DNA of 64,000 nt, taken from assembly GCA_963705305.1 (NCBI GenBank), contig OY970067.1, positions 4,960,001 through 5,024,000 on the forward strand. The letters run 5' to 3'. The position numbers and the translations under genes are program-made. This DNA is from an uncultured Methylomirabilota bacterium. GTDB lineage: Bacteria > Methylomirabilota > Methylomirabilia > Methylomirabilales > 2-02-FULL-66-22. The notes beneath the pieces are model-generated. The model was given only the letters and a program-made list of their open reading frames with translations, ran no database searches and was not told the DNA's origin. Shown here in pieces: positions 30,104 to 40,766 of this stretch. Positions within the stretch are counted from its first letter, which is position 1, and the number at the start of each line of letters is the position of its first letter.

Positions 30104-31227
30104 CCCTCCGGCAGGTCGCCCAGCCGGACGACGATGCTGAGTGGCTTGCCGTCCCGCACCACATCCACCCGCACCTCGTCCCCGGGCTTCTTCTTGTCGT
30201 CCAGGACGGCGGTGAGATCGTCCACGGAGGCGATCTTCTCTCCGTCCACCGCCTGGATGATGTCTCCGCCGACGTTGACCAGGAAGTTGCCCACTCGGAT
30301 GCGTCGCTGCGCCCCGCGCAGGCCGGCCTGAGCCGCCGGTCCGCCGGGCGCCACCTGGGCCACCAGCACCCCCTGATTTACCGGCAGGTTCAGCGCCCGC
30401 GCCACTTCGGGGGTGATGTCCATCCCGCTGACCCCCAGCCAGGCGTGGCTGGCCCGGCCGCGGGCGATCAGCTCGGGCAGCAGCTTCTTGGCCGTGTTCA
30501 CCGGGATGGCAAAGCCGATCCCCACCGAGCCGCCGCTGGGCGTGAAAATGGCCGCGTTGATTCCAATGACCTCACCCCGCGAGTTCAGGAGCGGCCCTCC
30601 GGAATTGCCCGGATTGATGGCGGCGTCCGTCTGGATCACGTTGCGGATCTGCCGACCCGTGTCCGATTTCAGGCTGCGCCCCAGGGCGCTGACGACGCCG
30701 CGCGTGATCGTGCGGTCCAGCCCGAACGGATTGCCGATGGCGATCGCCATCTGCCCGATCTGCACCTGGCGCGAGTCCCCCAGCTTGAGCGGCGTCAGCT
30801 TCTCCTTGGGGGCGTGGATGCGGATGACGGCCAGGTCGCTGTTGGGATCGCGTCCGACGAGCTGCGCCGGAACCGTGCTCTTGTCCGCCAGCGTGACCTC
30901 CAACCGCTCGGCGTTCTCCACGACGTGATTGTTGGTGAGGATATAGCCCCGATCGTCGACGATGAATCCCGATCCGGTCCCCCGTTCGGGAACCACCTGG
31001 AAGAAGAAATCCTGGCTCAGGACGGTGCTGGTGATGTGGACGACGCCGGGACTCGCTGCACGGTACACCCCGATGACGACCTCTTCTTCCGGGGTGAGCT
31101 CCCCGGCGCCGCGGGCCAGCGCCTCGCCGGCGAATGCCGGGGCGATCAGAAATACGATCAACAGCAGGACCCACGGCGCATTCAGCCGCACTCTGGCACG
31201 GAGCGGCGACAGAGCTGGATGCATCAT
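30100..31227 (-). CDS. HtrA/DegP-like trypsin serine protease with PDZ domain
   Basis: GTGSGF, LTNNHVV, DLAVI, AIGNPFGL, IQTDAAINPGNSGGPL; PDZ tail; start approximate. Confidence 0.92.
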   Translation of the reverse strand: MMHPALSPLRARVRLNAPWVLLLIVFLIAPAFAGEALARGAGELTPEEEVVIGVYRAASPGVVHITSTVLSQDFFFQVVPERGTGSGFIVDDRGYILTNNHVVENAERLEVTLADKSTVPAQLVGRDPNSDLAVIRIHAPKEKLTPLKLGDSRQVQIGQMAIAIGNPFGLDRTITRGVVSALGRSLKSDTGRQIRNVIQTDAAINPGNSGGPLLNSRGEVIGINAAIFTPSGGSVGIGFAIPVNTAKKLLPELIARGRASHAWLGVSGMDITPEVARALNLPVNQGVLVAQVAPGGPAAQAGLRGAQRRIRVGNFLVNVGGDIIQAVDGEKIASVDDLTAVLDDKKKPGDEVRVDVVRDGKPLSIVVRLGDLPEG

Positions 31228-31498
31228 GTGCTCACTCTCCGAATCGTGACTGCAGGCCGAGCCTTCGGGCAGTCGCCCGGCGGGGCTCGGGGAGACAGGG
31301 CGCTCCGGACGCATCATAGCGGCCAGGGGCATGCGAACTTCGCCCGCGGCACCGGAAGAATAGCGGAGCTATCGATCAAAGGCAAGCGCCACCTGCCTCG
31401 AGAATTCCGGCCCGTGTTGCCCACCGGGAGACGGGATCGTACAATGGGGAAGCTGCCCCACCGCGGGACCGTCCGCATGCCCCACCGGAGGAGCGGGA

Positions 31499-32845
31499 AT
31501 GGCGTTGACGCGGAAATATCCATGGTACGGCTGGACGGGCGTGGGCATTCTCGTCGCCGGAGAGACGGGGCTGGTCCTGGGAGCCCTGGCGATCCGGGTC
31601 GCATTCTATTTCATCGCCTGGTGGTCCTACATTCTCCTGGTGGACGCCTGGGTATGGAAGCGGCGCGGCTGGTCCCTGCTGCGAGACCGGCCGCGGGAGT
31701 TTTTGGTCCTGGCCTTCTGGTCCGTGCCCGTCTGGAACCTGTTCGAGGCCATCAACTTCCGCCTGCAGAACTGGTTCTATGTCAACGTACCGGCGGGATT
31801 CCCGGATGGATTCCTCCCCAGCTGCCTGGCGTACGCCACCGTCCTGCCGGGCTTGTTCGAGACCTACGACCTCCTGCGGGTCTGGCAAGTCGCCGAGGGG
31901 CTGCGCATGCGGCCCTGGCGCATTCGTCCCCGCGGCCTGGTGCTGTGCGCCGCGCTGGGGGCGAGCATGCTGGCCGCGCCGCTCGCGTGGCCGCGGTACA
32001 CGTTCCCCCTGGTGTGGGGATTTGCGGCGTTCCTGGTGGATCCCCTCTGCTACTGGGCCGCTCCATCGCGCCCGGTCTCCCTGCTCTCCCAGTTCGAGCA
32101 CGGAGACCCCCGCCCGTTCCTCCGCCTGCTCCTGGCCGGGCTGATCTGCGGCGGCTTGTGGGAGTTCTGGAACTATTGGGCGGTCACCAAGTGGATATAC
32201 ACCGTGCCCTTCGTCGGGGACTGGAAGTGGTTCGAGATGCCCATCCTGGGCTTCCTGGGATTTCCCCCCTTCACAATCGAATCCTATGTCCTGATGAATG
32301 GACTGAACCTGATGCGGCGGGGACGCGGATGGGAGGAGCCGAGCCGGACCGGACCCGGCGCCCGCCGATCTCTGGCGGGAGCGGCCATCGTCCTGGCCAT
32401 GGTCTTCAACCTGGCGGTGTACGCGGGAATCGATCGCTGGACGGTGCAGAGCTACCTGCCTGTCTTGGCCGAGATGACCGGCGTGCCGACCGACCTCGCC
32501 CTGCGGCTGCAGCAGGCCGGCGTCTCTTATCCTGAGACCCTCCTCCGCCGCACCCGGACGGCGGAGGCGCTCGCCGAGCTGGCCCGTCAATCCGGCGTGC
32601 CGGAGGCGACGCTCGAATGGCTTCGCCGGGCCGCCCGGCTGGTAGATCTGAAGGGTCTCGGCGCCGCTCACTTCAACGAGCTCCAGCGCCTCGGGATCAG
32701 TCGGGTCTCCGCCCTGGCCCACCAGGACCCCGACGAGCTAACCCGCCGCTGGCGGCAGCTGGCCGTGTCCAGGCCGCCCACGCGTTCCCAGGTGCGGGTC
32801 TGGATCCGCGCGGCCCGGCAGGAGACGGCCGGCACAGGCGGCTGA
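31499..32845 (+). CDS. Polytopic membrane protein with C-terminal helix-hairpin-helix (DUF4332-like) domain
   Basis: About 9 hydrophobic segments; repeated WNLFEAIN..W.Y / WEFWN..W.Y motifs; tail WLRRAARLVDLKGLG...LQRLGISRV..LA...PT..QVRVWI. Confidence 0.7.
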   Translation: MALTRKYPWYGWTGVGILVAGETGLVLGALAIRVAFYFIAWWSYILLVDAWVWKRRGWSLLRDRPREFLVLAFWSVPVWNLFEAINFRLQNWFYVNVPAGFPDGFLPSCLAYATVLPGLFETYDLLRVWQVAEGLRMRPWRIRPRGLVLCAALGASMLAAPLAWPRYTFPLVWGFAAFLVDPLCYWAAPSRPVSLLSQFEHGDPRPFLRLLLAGLICGGLWEFWNYWAVTKWIYTVPFVGDWKWFEMPILGFLGFPPFTIESYVLMNGLNLMRRGRGWEEPSRTGPGARRSLAGAAIVLAMVFNLAVYAGIDRWTVQSYLPVLAEMTGVPTDLALRLQQAGVSYPETLLRRTRTAEALAELARQSGVPEATLEWLRRAARLVDLKGLGAAHFNELQRLGISRVSALAHQDPDELTRRWRQLAVSRPPTRSQVRVWIRAARQETAGTGG

Positions 32846-32855
32846 CGGGCGCGCT

Positions 32856-33980
32856 TCACCCCGCGTCCGGTGTCACGGTCAGGCGAATCCGGCCGATGAG
32901 CTGGCCGGCCGCCGTGAGGACATCCACAGACCACTGACCGGCCGGGTCATCCCCCAGATCGGTCTTGCGCGAGTAGGTCCGAAACCCGCCCGGACGCCCT
33001 CCTCGGAGGGCGGACAGCACGACCCGCCCGACCACCACCCCATCCTTCCGCCACACGTGCACAATAGGTTGGCGCAGACCGGCCGGCGCCGCTACGGCGC
33101 TGAAGGCCGTCAGGCTCCCCCACCGGCGCAACTCGTCGACCGGCAGCCGGGAAACCGGGTCCACGGGCTCCAACCGGTCCACCGCCTGGGCGAACGTCCC
33201 GCGAGTAAGCTGGAGCGGCACCGGCGGAATCCAGGCCTGGAGCAGCCAGACCACGGCGACCGCCACGGCGCCCGCTCCCCCGGCGACCGCCACGGCGCTC
33301 CACCAAGAGGAGGCGAGGGTCCGCCGGAACACGGGCGCCAGGGCCACGGGACTGGCGAAGGCGCTGAGGACCAGCGTCCAGCCCCGCGGCACACCGATCA
33401 GGGGGAAGGCCACGTTGAGCGACGCGAAGAGGACCAGGGCGAAAAGGGCCAGCTCGGTGCCGCGGAAGCGGCGGCTCACCGCGCGGTACCAGGGATCCAT
33501 GGTGGCCAGGACCGCCGCCCCTCCCAGGAGAGCTAAACAGGAGACGTTGGCCGAGGTCAGGGTGGTGCTGGCATAGTAGATCGGCAGGAGGAACAGGAGC
33601 AGGCCGTGGAGCAGGGTCTGCACCGTGTACTCCAGTACGAAACTCACAACCCGACGACCCCGCGAGGCCAGCGCCTGCCGGGCCTCCGTGAAAACAACCC
33701 CCGCCAGCCAGGCCAGCAGGAGATAGCCGATGAACAGGGGGAAATACTGCAGCCCGCGGCGGAAGATGAACAGGGTTGCCAACCCCAGGAGGAGCGAACC
33801 GATCGAGATTCCCCAGCGCTCCAGCCAGCGCAGCCAGCGATGTCGCGCCTTCCAGGCGGCCCAAGTCGCCTCGAGCCGGCCGGCCCAGCCCGCCTCGCGC
33901 CGGTGCCGCTCTCCCGTGTGCTGGTCGTGCGCCAACGGGACACTCCTGCCACAGCGAATGCCGGCCCGCTTCCATCCCAA
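32856..33980 (-). CDS. Membrane protein with C-terminal DUF2914-like domain
   Basis: Many TM helices, LLFLLPIYYAS, then AFSAVAAP..I.HVW...GGR.GGFRTYSRK..G.WSVDV.T..GQLIG; start uncertain. Confidence 0.7.
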   Translation of the reverse strand: MGWKRAGIRCGRSVPLAHDQHTGERHRREAGWAGRLEATWAAWKARHRWLRWLERWGISIGSLLLGLATLFIFRRGLQYFPLFIGYLLLAWLAGVVFTEARQALASRGRRVVSFVLEYTVQTLLHGLLLFLLPIYYASTTLTSANVSCLALLGGAAVLATMDPWYRAVSRRFRGTELALFALVLFASLNVAFPLIGVPRGWTLVLSAFASPVALAPVFRRTLASSWWSAVAVAGGAGAVAVAVVWLLQAWIPPVPLQLTRGTFAQAVDRLEPVDPVSRLPVDELRRWGSLTAFSAVAAPAGLRQPIVHVWRKDGVVVGRVVLSALRGGRPGGFRTYSRKTDLGDDPAGQWSVDVLTAAGQLIGRIRLTVTPDAG

Positions 33981-34361
33981 GAAATTGCGCGGGGACCCCT
34001 TGACGGGAGGGAGGGTGGGGCCTATCTTCAGAGTAGCCGCAGGGATCGGCAGAGCAGCCTTCTCGCCATGGGGTGCGAGACCGTCCCCCGGGTCGCCCGG
34101 AGGAGCGAGACCTCAGGCGCCGGACGCAGTCCCGCACAGGGGCTGCCAGGACTGGCGTCGGCGAACCGGCGGGTGATGCTGCACGGCTCACGCCGATCGC
34201 CTGCGGCGTCCTTGTTTTCCCGTCCTTCCGGACCTGCCCGGCACCCTCCCGACGCGATCAACGGGCCGTCCGCACGGCGGGACCCCCGCCCGGGATCAAG
34301 CCAACGTCGCACCCAAGGCAGTAAAGCAGTCACGCCGCGCCCATCGCCTGCGGCACAGCGA

Positions 34362-34874
34362 TCACTGGCGGGGAAACTCGCGATCCAAGATCTCAGCGAT
34401 GAATCGCTCGATGGAAACCGGGTAGAACTTCACATCCGGCGACAGAATCACCCCGGTGTCCAGAATCTCCCTCTGCATGAGCTCGTCTAGGGCTCGATCG
34501 ATGTGGGCGTGTGGGTCCTGGTCCACCTTCACGATGCGGAGGTCTTCGCTCTCCAAACGGACGTTCTGCCGGATGGCGTACAGGAAGCTGAATACCCGCC
34601 CGACCAGGGTCCGATCCATCAGGTCGGGATCGTCAAAGAGCTCTTCGTACTTCTGCCCCAAGTGACGGGGCGAGATGACCAGGCGGGGCGAGACGCGGAT
34701 CTTCCCCCGAATTTCCACCGCTCCCTGGCTGCGCTCTTCGTCGGGGCCGACCAGGACGTAGGGAAGCACGTGATAGCCGGCCAGGATGCCGGTGATTGGC
34801 CTGCGCAGGATCTGCGTCTCCTCGAAGACGTGCCGCAGATATTCCGGGTCGGAATGGGAATCACCGAACGCCAT
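34362..34874 (-). CDS. Hypothetical protein
   Basis: 170-aa ORF with globular composition and host-like codon usage; no family recognised. Confidence 0.7.
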   Translation of the reverse strand: MAFGDSHSDPEYLRHVFEETQILRRPITGILAGYHVLPYVLVGPDEERSQGAVEIRGKIRVSPRLVISPRHLGQKYEELFDDPDLMDRTLVGRVFSFLYAIRQNVRLESEDLRIVKVDQDPHAHIDRALDELMQREILDTGVILSPDVKFYPVSIERFIAEILDREFPRQ

Positions 34875-35212
34875 GGTGTCTCTTTCGGCCGCGTGCCGCG
34901 ACGGGGGTGGGCCCCACGCCGTCTCGACTGTACGCCTCTACCCCGTCTCGGCCGCGCTCCGCCCCCGCCCGGAGCATGCCCGCGCGCCGAAGTGGCCTCA
35001 CGATACCTGGAGAATCGATCCGGGTCAACTCCACCGCCGAGGCGGGAGAACAGGCGCCCGCTTGGTCCCTCGCACAGCCCGGTTCACAGCACCGCAATCA
35101 CGAGAAGGCCAGCCGCTGAAACCGCGCGCCGGACCCCGGGGGAGCCCAGCCCCGGTCGATGCCCGAGCGCTCGGTCCGGTGAGTTCACGGGCCCCTTCGT
35201 GAATTCTCCGGA

Positions 35213-35626
35213 CTAGAGCCCCAGCGCGGCCACCGCCCGCGTAAAATGGTCCGGCCGGATATAGAGTATGTAGCCGAAGCCCCCCCGCCCGTCGGCGACC
35301 CCCGCCGAGGCGTAGACATTGACCTCGGCTTCGAAGAGCTTCATGTGAATCCCCGCCAGGGCACCCAGCTCGTCGTCTCCCTGAACCAGGAGCGCCGGAT
35401 GGGGTCCGTCCAGGACGAGTCCCGCTTTCCGGCATGTCTCTTGGGTCCGCGCCGCGTCCTGCGGAAAAATGGCGAGCTGGGTGTGCATCGGCCCGACGGG
35501 GACCGCCGCAAACGCCAGCAGGTTGATGCCCAGGTCGGCAAGACGGGACAGCAGCTTGTAGGCCTCTCCGGGCTCGTCCCTCACCGTCGTGTAGAAGTAC
35601 TCGGCCCGGCAAACGCTGTGTGCCAT
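35213..35626 (-). CDS. Tandem ACT-domain protein
   Basis: V.DEPGEA.KLL..LADLGINL and GDDELGALA.IH.KL.EA.VNV; GGGAGGG RBS. Confidence 0.8.
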   Translation of the reverse strand: MAHSVCRAEYFYTTVRDEPGEAYKLLSRLADLGINLLAFAAVPVGPMHTQLAIFPQDAARTQETCRKAGLVLDGPHPALLVQGDDELGALAGIHMKLFEAEVNVYASAGVADGRGGFGYILYIRPDHFTRAVAALGL

Positions 35627-35852
35627 TCTCTTCCCTCCCGGGCGCGCTGGGCGGTCGGGTTTTTCGGTGGCGCGGCGCCTGAGCCACGCTAGCCCTGCTC
35701 CGCGCCGCCTGTCAAGCGGAAAGGAACCCCGGTCCCGGCCGCCCGTCCCGCCTTCTGCTTCCCATCTCGTCCCGTTCTGGTACAATGTCGGCAGGAACCT
35801 CCGCACCGCGTTCGCCATCTCCGGCGGTGCACCCCCCGACGAGGATTCCTCC

Positions 35853-36454
35853 ATGGCCGCATTTCTGGGCAGCCAGCCATCCGACCCCTCCGACCGGCCG
35901 CCGCCAAACCTGTCGGCGGAGCGCCTGCGCATCGACGAGTACGAGGGGCAGCGGGCCTTGCTGGCCGACGGGGTGATTTTGTCGGTGGATGTCGAAGGCG
36001 GGAAACCGCCGGTGGGCTACTGGGCGGCGGCACACTGGCCCAACTGCTCAACCAGCGGGCCCCCGGCGTCCAGATCGTCGGGGTGGACCTGGACGCCGAG
36101 ATCGTGGCCTTCGGGCGGCGGCACTTCAACGTCGGGATGCCCAACCTCGAGGTGGTGATCGGGGACGCGTTCGAGTTCGTGGCCGGCTGCACGCGCCGCT
36201 TCGACTTCATCGCCGTGGATCTCTTCGTCGGTCACACCTTTCACCGGGGTGTCCTGGCGAAGCCTTTCCTCCGTAGGCTGCGGTCCCTGGCCGCTCCCGG
36301 AGGGGAGATCGCCATCAACCTGTTCAAAGACCGCCGCAGTCAGGTCCACGTCCACCGCATCCAGCGCATCCTACCGGTCCGCGCCGTGCAACACCTGCCG
36401 CGCAACGTGGTGGTGCACTGCACGGCTCTTCCAGCGGGGGCGGCTTCGGCCTGA
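35853..36454 (+). pseudogene. Spermidine-synthase-like SAM methyltransferase with internal deletion/frameshift
   Basis: Frame A ...LADGVILSV...GYWAA; frame B LGGGTLAQLL...IVGVDLDAEIV..GRRHF...VIGDAFEFV..FDFIAVDLF; frames join at ~36020-36030. Confidence 0.75.
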
Positions 36455-36461
36455 GCGGAGC

Positions 36462-36713
36462 ATGCCTCTGCTCTCTCGGAAAGAAATAGCCGAGTATCCT
36501 CTCGACCATTCTACGATCGGCAAGCATTTCCACATCATGATCGTGGCTCTGATGGTCGGCGCCGGCTGGGAAGGGAATCCGATCGCCAAGTACATCGCCC
36601 TGGGGGGCCCGGCCATGGTCGGGTTCGGGTCGGTCGTGATGACCTACGGCTACATCGCCTCCAAGCTCCGCAATGGAGGCCACCAGGAGCGGGAGCGGCA
36701 GCCGGCACGCTAA
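36462..36713 (+). CDS. Small hypothetical membrane protein (83 aa)
   Basis: GGAG before ATG, 8 bp after the preceding stop; two hydrophobic segments. Confidence 0.5.
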   Translation: MPLLSRKEIAEYPLDHSTIGKHFHIMIVALMVGAGWEGNPIAKYIALGGPAMVGFGSVVMTYGYIASKLRNGGHQERERQPAR

Positions 36714-36812
36714 AGCTCTGATACGTCCGACGAAATATCCCGCTGCCGATCTCGCTGACCTTGCTCCCTGCGCTTTGCTCCCTCACTCCCTCTGCGGGGG
36801 CCTGTCGGACGC

Positions 36813-38085
36813 TCAATACAAGAAATCCCGGATATCGTAAACAGCCACCTTGGGCCGCCCTCCCGGCCCGACGGCCACGCCGGCTCTCAAGCGCTCGAGT
36901 TGGCTCGCCACCTCCGCCTCGCCCAGCGGGCGGATACCCGCCGCCTGTTCCAGCTGGCGGTACGGCGAACCGGCCTCCGCCACCAGGGGCGACAAGTAGA
37001 GGATATCCTGCGCCCCCAGGCCCATCTCGTTCACAACCTCCCGGGTGTCGGCAAGGTGCCGCTCTGAAAACTGCCGGCCCCCGATGCCCAGCAGGACGAT
37101 GACTCCCACGGCCACACCCGCCGCCCGGAGCGCCCGAACCAGCGCCACGGCGTCCGCCGCGGTGGCCGGCTTGCCCAGGAAGCGCAATAGCGCGTCGCAC
37201 CCGCTCTCCAGCCCGAGATAGACACGCCGCAGGCCCCGTTCCGTCAGAGTGCGGAAGTGAGCCGACGATTTGGGTGCGCCGCTGAAGGCGTCCACGAACG
37301 AGTAGACACCCCCTCGCCCTTCGGCAACACCCCGGAAAAGCTCTGCCCGCAGGAGATCCAGCACCTCCACGAGACGCGCGGGGGGCAGGACCAGGGCGTT
37401 GGCGTCGGCCAGGAAGACGCGCTGCCGATGGCGCAGCCCCTCGCCGAAGAACTCCCGCACTGCGACGAGATGCGCCAGGAGCTCCTCGGACGTTCTTGAC
37501 GCGGAACGGGCGATCCTGATAGAACCGGCAGAAGCTGCAGTGATTGTAGGAGCATCCCTCCGTGACCTGGATCACCACCGCCCCGTACTGGTCGGGCGGA
37601 AGGATGGGGACGGGCAGATAGACCGAGCGAAAGCGGATCGCGTCCGCCTTCAGGGCCTCCGGCGTCCACGCCAGCACATCATCCAGACGGCGCCGGAGCA
37701 GGTCGGCGCCGGCGTCCGGGACGGCCCGCGGAGCGGCCGCGACGCCCGCCCGAACGGCCGCCACCTCGCGAAGGGCATCCCGGACCAAGGCCTCGGCCTC
37801 GGCCGCACCCAGCTCGCACCGGGCGTGGCTCCACGGGTAGGCGCCCGCCTTCCGTCGAGCCACGAAGCGGTTGTCCAGGCCGCGCCGGATCGATCGGCCC
37901 GCCCAGAAGGCCCGGACCAGCCGTCCGGCCCGGTCGAAGGAGAGGCTCCGCGCGTCGTCCAGGCCCAGGGTGGTCGAGCCGTCCCGCAGGGCTGCCGTCA
38001 CCAGGCGCCCGGATGGAATCCGGAACGGGGCCAGGCCGATCTGCCATTGGGCGCGCCGCGCCTCCGCCATCCCCGGCTGCCTCAT
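36813..38085 (-). pseudogene. Radical SAM protein, +1 frameshift near 37493
   Basis: QVTEGCSYNHCSFC (CxxxCxxC); after FRVK the protein continues in another frame (SEELLAHL..VFLADANAL..RVYLGLESG). ATGA overlap with the copA stop. Confidence 0.82.
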
Positions 38086-40755
38086 CCCACACGCGGACGG
38101 AAGCGCCGCAGGCGGAGAGAGTTACTGACGACCGACACCGAGGAGACCGCCATGGCCGCGGAGGCCAGCATGGGATTCAAGAGCAGCCCCAGCACCGGAT
38201 ACAGCACCCCGGCGGCAATCGGGATCCCGATCATGTTGTAGATGAAGGCCCAAAACAGGTTCTGCTTGATCGTGCGCATGGTGCGCTGGCTCAGCTGGAT
38301 GGCCGTCACCACGCCGGTGAGATCCCCCCGGATCAGCGTGATGTCCGAAGCCTCCATGGCCACGTCCGTCCCCGTGCCGATGGCGATCCCCACATCCGCC
38401 TGGGCCAGGGCGGGGGCGTCATTGATGCCGTCCCCGACCATCGCCACCACCCTGCCCTCGGCCTGGAGCTTCTTCACCTCCTGTGCTTTCTGGTCGGGCA
38501 AGACCTCGGCCAGCACGCGGCCGATCCCCGCCGTCTTGGCGATGGCCTCGGCCGTCCGCCGGTTGTCCCCCGTGAGCATGACCACCTCGATCCCCAGCCG
38601 GTGCAGGGCCTGCACGGCCTCCACCGAGTGCTCCTTGAGGGTGTCGGCCACCGCAATGACGCCGGCGGCTTGGCTGCTCACGGCCACAAACATGGGAGTC
38701 TTGCCTTCGGCGGCGAGCTTGTCCGCGCTCGCCCGGAGGTCGCCCGGCTCGACTCCCGACTCCTGCATGAACGTGAGGTTTCCCAGCAGGACCGGCCTCG
38801 CGTCCACCCTGCCGCGGACCCCCCGACCGGGGACCGCCTCGAATCCTTCGACGGCGCTCAGGGCCAGGCCGTCCGCCTTCGCCCGGTCCACGATGGCCTC
38901 CCCCAGGGGATGCTCGGAGGCCCGCTCCAGCGAGGCGGCCAGCCGCAAGAGGTCTTGCGCTTGGCTGATGGCTGATGGCTGATGGCTGAGAACGTCTGTC
39001 ACCTCCGGCTTGCCCTTGGTGAGCGTCCCCGTCTTGTCCAAGACGATGGTCCGGATTCGGTGGGCCGTCTCCAGGCTCTCGCCGCTCCGGATCAGGATGC
39101 CGTGCTCGGCCCCCCGGCCCGTCCCGACCATTATGGCCGTCGGCGTTGCGAGTCCCAGGGCGCAGGGGCAGGCGATGATCAGGACAGCCACGAAGTTCAG
39201 CAGGCCAAAGACGAACGACGGGGCGGGACCGAAGACCCACCAGGCCGCGAAAGTGAGGAGCGCGATGCCGATGACCGTCGGCACGAAGATGCTGGCCACG
39301 TAATCGGCCAGCCGCTGGATGGGGGCCTTGGATCCCTGCGCCTCCTCCACCAGACGGACGATCTGCGCCAGAACCGTATCCTTCCCCACCTTGGTGGCTT
39401 CGAACCGGAACGTCCCGGTCTTGTTGAGGGTGGCGCCGATGACCTGGTCCCCTGCCCGCTTCTCCACGGGCAGGCTCTCGCCGGTCAGCATGGACTCGTC
39501 CACGGCGGAGGCCCCCTCGCGAACGATCCCGTCCACAGGGACCTTCTCGCCGGGCCGCACGATCACCAGGTCGCCCGACCGCACTTCGTCCACGGGGATG
39601 TCCTGCTCCTCCCCATCGCGCACGACCCGGGCCGTCTTGGCGCGCAGTCCCATCAGCCGCCTGATCGCCTCGCTGGTTCGCCCTTTGGCGATGGCTTCCA
39701 GGAAGCGGCCCAGCAGGATCAGCGTCACGATCACCGCCGCCGTGTCATAGTAGACCGCCGGCGCGATGCCCAGACCGCGGAAGACCTGCGGGGCCACCGT
39801 CATGGCCACGCTGTACAGGAAGGCCGCCGAGGTGCCCACGGCAATCAGCGTGTTCATGTCGGAGGTCCGGTGCTTGAGGGCCGCCCAGAAGCCCCGGTAG
39901 AACTGGGCCCCGGCCCAGAACTGCACCGGGATCGTCAGGGCCAGGAGCACCCAGAAGTTCTGGAGAGCGTGCGGCGCCCAGGGAAACCACTCCGACATAC
40001 TCCCCAGGACGATCGGCACCGTGAGGACGATCCCGGCAACCAGCTTTCGCCTGAGCGTCCGGATCTCCCGTTCGCGGGCCGCCCGCTCGAACGTCCGGGG
40101 CGGCGGCCCCCGCACCGGCCTCCAGGGGGTCGTACCCGGCATCCCGGATGGCCCGCCGCAGGTCCGGCAGCGCGACGGCCGCGGGCGAATACTCCACCGT
40201 GGCGGCGTTGGTGGCGAAGTTCACCGACGCCGAGACCACTCCCGGCGTCTGCCGCAGCGCTTTCTCGATGGCGGCCACGCAGGACGCACAGGAGATCCCG
40301 CCGATCGGGATCGTCACCTTCTCGACCAGCGGCGCGTACCCCGCGTCGGCGATGGCCTTCACCAACGCCGCCGGTTGCGCCGCCCCCGGATCGTACTGGA
40401 CGCTCCCTCGCTCGGCCGCCAAGTTGACCACGGCCGTCCGCACCCCGGGGACGGCCGCCAGGGCCTCTTCGACCGCCGAGACGCAGGAGGCACAATGCAT
40501 TCCCCGAATGCCGATGTCCAGGCGGGCGGCCCCCCGTGGCGCGGGCGGCCGCTCGGAGGCCGAACCCGCGTTTTCCGCGGTCGCCGGGAGAGCGGTCGGA
40601 TTGCCGCCGTCACCTTCCAGGTAGCGCGCCGGATCCGCCTCGAACTCCTCCTTGCACCTCGTCGCGCAGAAATACACCGTCCGACCGTCGCGACGGCTGG
40701 TGGCCGCGGCGGCGGCCTCTTCGATCATCATGCCGCAAACCGGATCACGAACCAT
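38082..40755 (-). pseudogene. copA: Cu(I)-translocating P1B ATPase (YHS + 2 HMA domains), +1 frameshift near 40090
   Basis: DPVCGM..YFC..C, GMHCASC, GISCASC; in the second frame [29 protein letters not shown]. Confidence 0.9.
38962..38989. repeat. Heptamer tandem repeat (TGGCTGA)x4 inside copA
   Basis: Four perfect copies encoding ...[10 protein letters not shown]... after the DKTGT motif. Confidence 0.85.
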
Positions 40756-40766
40756 ATCCGTCCGCC

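Noticed and set aside
29508..30164. 697-aa version of the M16 peptidase
   Set aside because: The extension overlaps DUF192 in another frame; RBS and signal peptide support the 29507 start.
37486..40097. Programmed ribosomal frameshifting in copA or the radical SAM gene
   Set aside because: No slippery heptamer at either break; single-base insertions explain both more simply.
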